This document shows positions 63,560-64,000 of a stretch of 64,000 nucleotides of DNA, piece by piece. The notes under the pieces were generated by a model. It worked only from the letters and a program-made list of their open reading frames with translations, did no database searches and was not told where the DNA came from. Numbering within the stretch: position 1 is the first letter of the stretch; the number at the start of each line of letters is the position of its first letter. This DNA comes from Dicyema japonicum (lineage: Eukaryota > Animalia > Dicyemida), in NCBI GenBank assembly GCA_011109175.1, contig RDEW01000043.1:186001-250000 (forward strand), written 5' to 3'. The position numbers and the translations under genes are program-made.

Positions 63560-64000
63560 TATCGTCGCTGTAATAATCCCGGAGATCTAGTAGATAAGAT
63601 TCAAGGTACACAGCGAACAATAGCGGAGAGAGGGACTCTCCTTGAGGTGTGTCTACAGTTATCTCAATTTCTTTCTAAATACATTTTTAATACGCATTCG
63701 AACACTTTGTTTGACAGGAGTATCCGTATTGGAGTGACCTAGTCCAGGAAACTTTTCAGCACTTAAATGAGTTTTCTTACACGAACAGTTCGAAAGCACT
63801 GGTGAGATCATTTAAAGGAATAGTCCTTGAACCTTGGAATCTTTGCTGAATAGCAAAATGTCACCTATGGCAACATACTACATCAGCTGTTGATCTCCCA
63901 GTCCTGAACTGACTATGGCTTTGAGCTAAGTACCCACCACTAGCCCGTGGCCGATTAAGTACGGTCAGGACAAAGAACTTCCTCAGGGTATTTAGAAGGA
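63560..64000 (-). mobile_element. Older RTE-like element, RT segment upstream of the Tigger insertion
   Basis: GRSTADVV and TPQGESLSPLLFAVYLE on the minus strand. Confidence 0.75.

Overview
AT-rich eukaryotic (metazoan) nuclear DNA, standard genetic code. Nine compact housekeeping genes sit as islands in retroelement and transposon debris: calmodulin, PSMA5, CFAP161, a RhoGAP, NSUN2, DERA, tropomyosin, an SPF45/RBM17-like gene and a 14-3-3-like gene. One tRNA-Tyr gene is also present. About 40 introns read by hand are only 21-28 nt long and, where I could compare them (calmodulin, tropomyosin), sit at conserved animal positions. Together with a motile-cilium gene and a lophotrochozoan-type tropomyosin, this suggests a dicyemid mesozoan or a similar reduced spiralian parasite (inference). 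Mobile elements: RTE-like, Vingi/Ingi-like, R4-like and CRE-like (PHD-RT-RLE) non-LTR elements, two non-autonomous retroposon families, one intact pogo/Tigger transposon, and hAT and Ginger remnants. Main findings: (1) one tropomyosin locus with interleaved duplicated exons encoding two almost non-overlapping proteins; its switch-point introns are the only long ones found and carry GC-rich complementary elements that form a candidate two-state RNA splicing switch. (2) Two LINE / non-autonomous partner pairs whose 3' stem-loops show compensatory covariation; one partner is a bipartite Vingi derivative whose ORF is stopped at codon 2. (3) PHD-finger CRE-like elements with a conserved overlapping uORF. 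(4) An SPF45-like gene that appears to lack its UHM domain. All annotation is manual. Boundaries of degenerate repeats are approximate.
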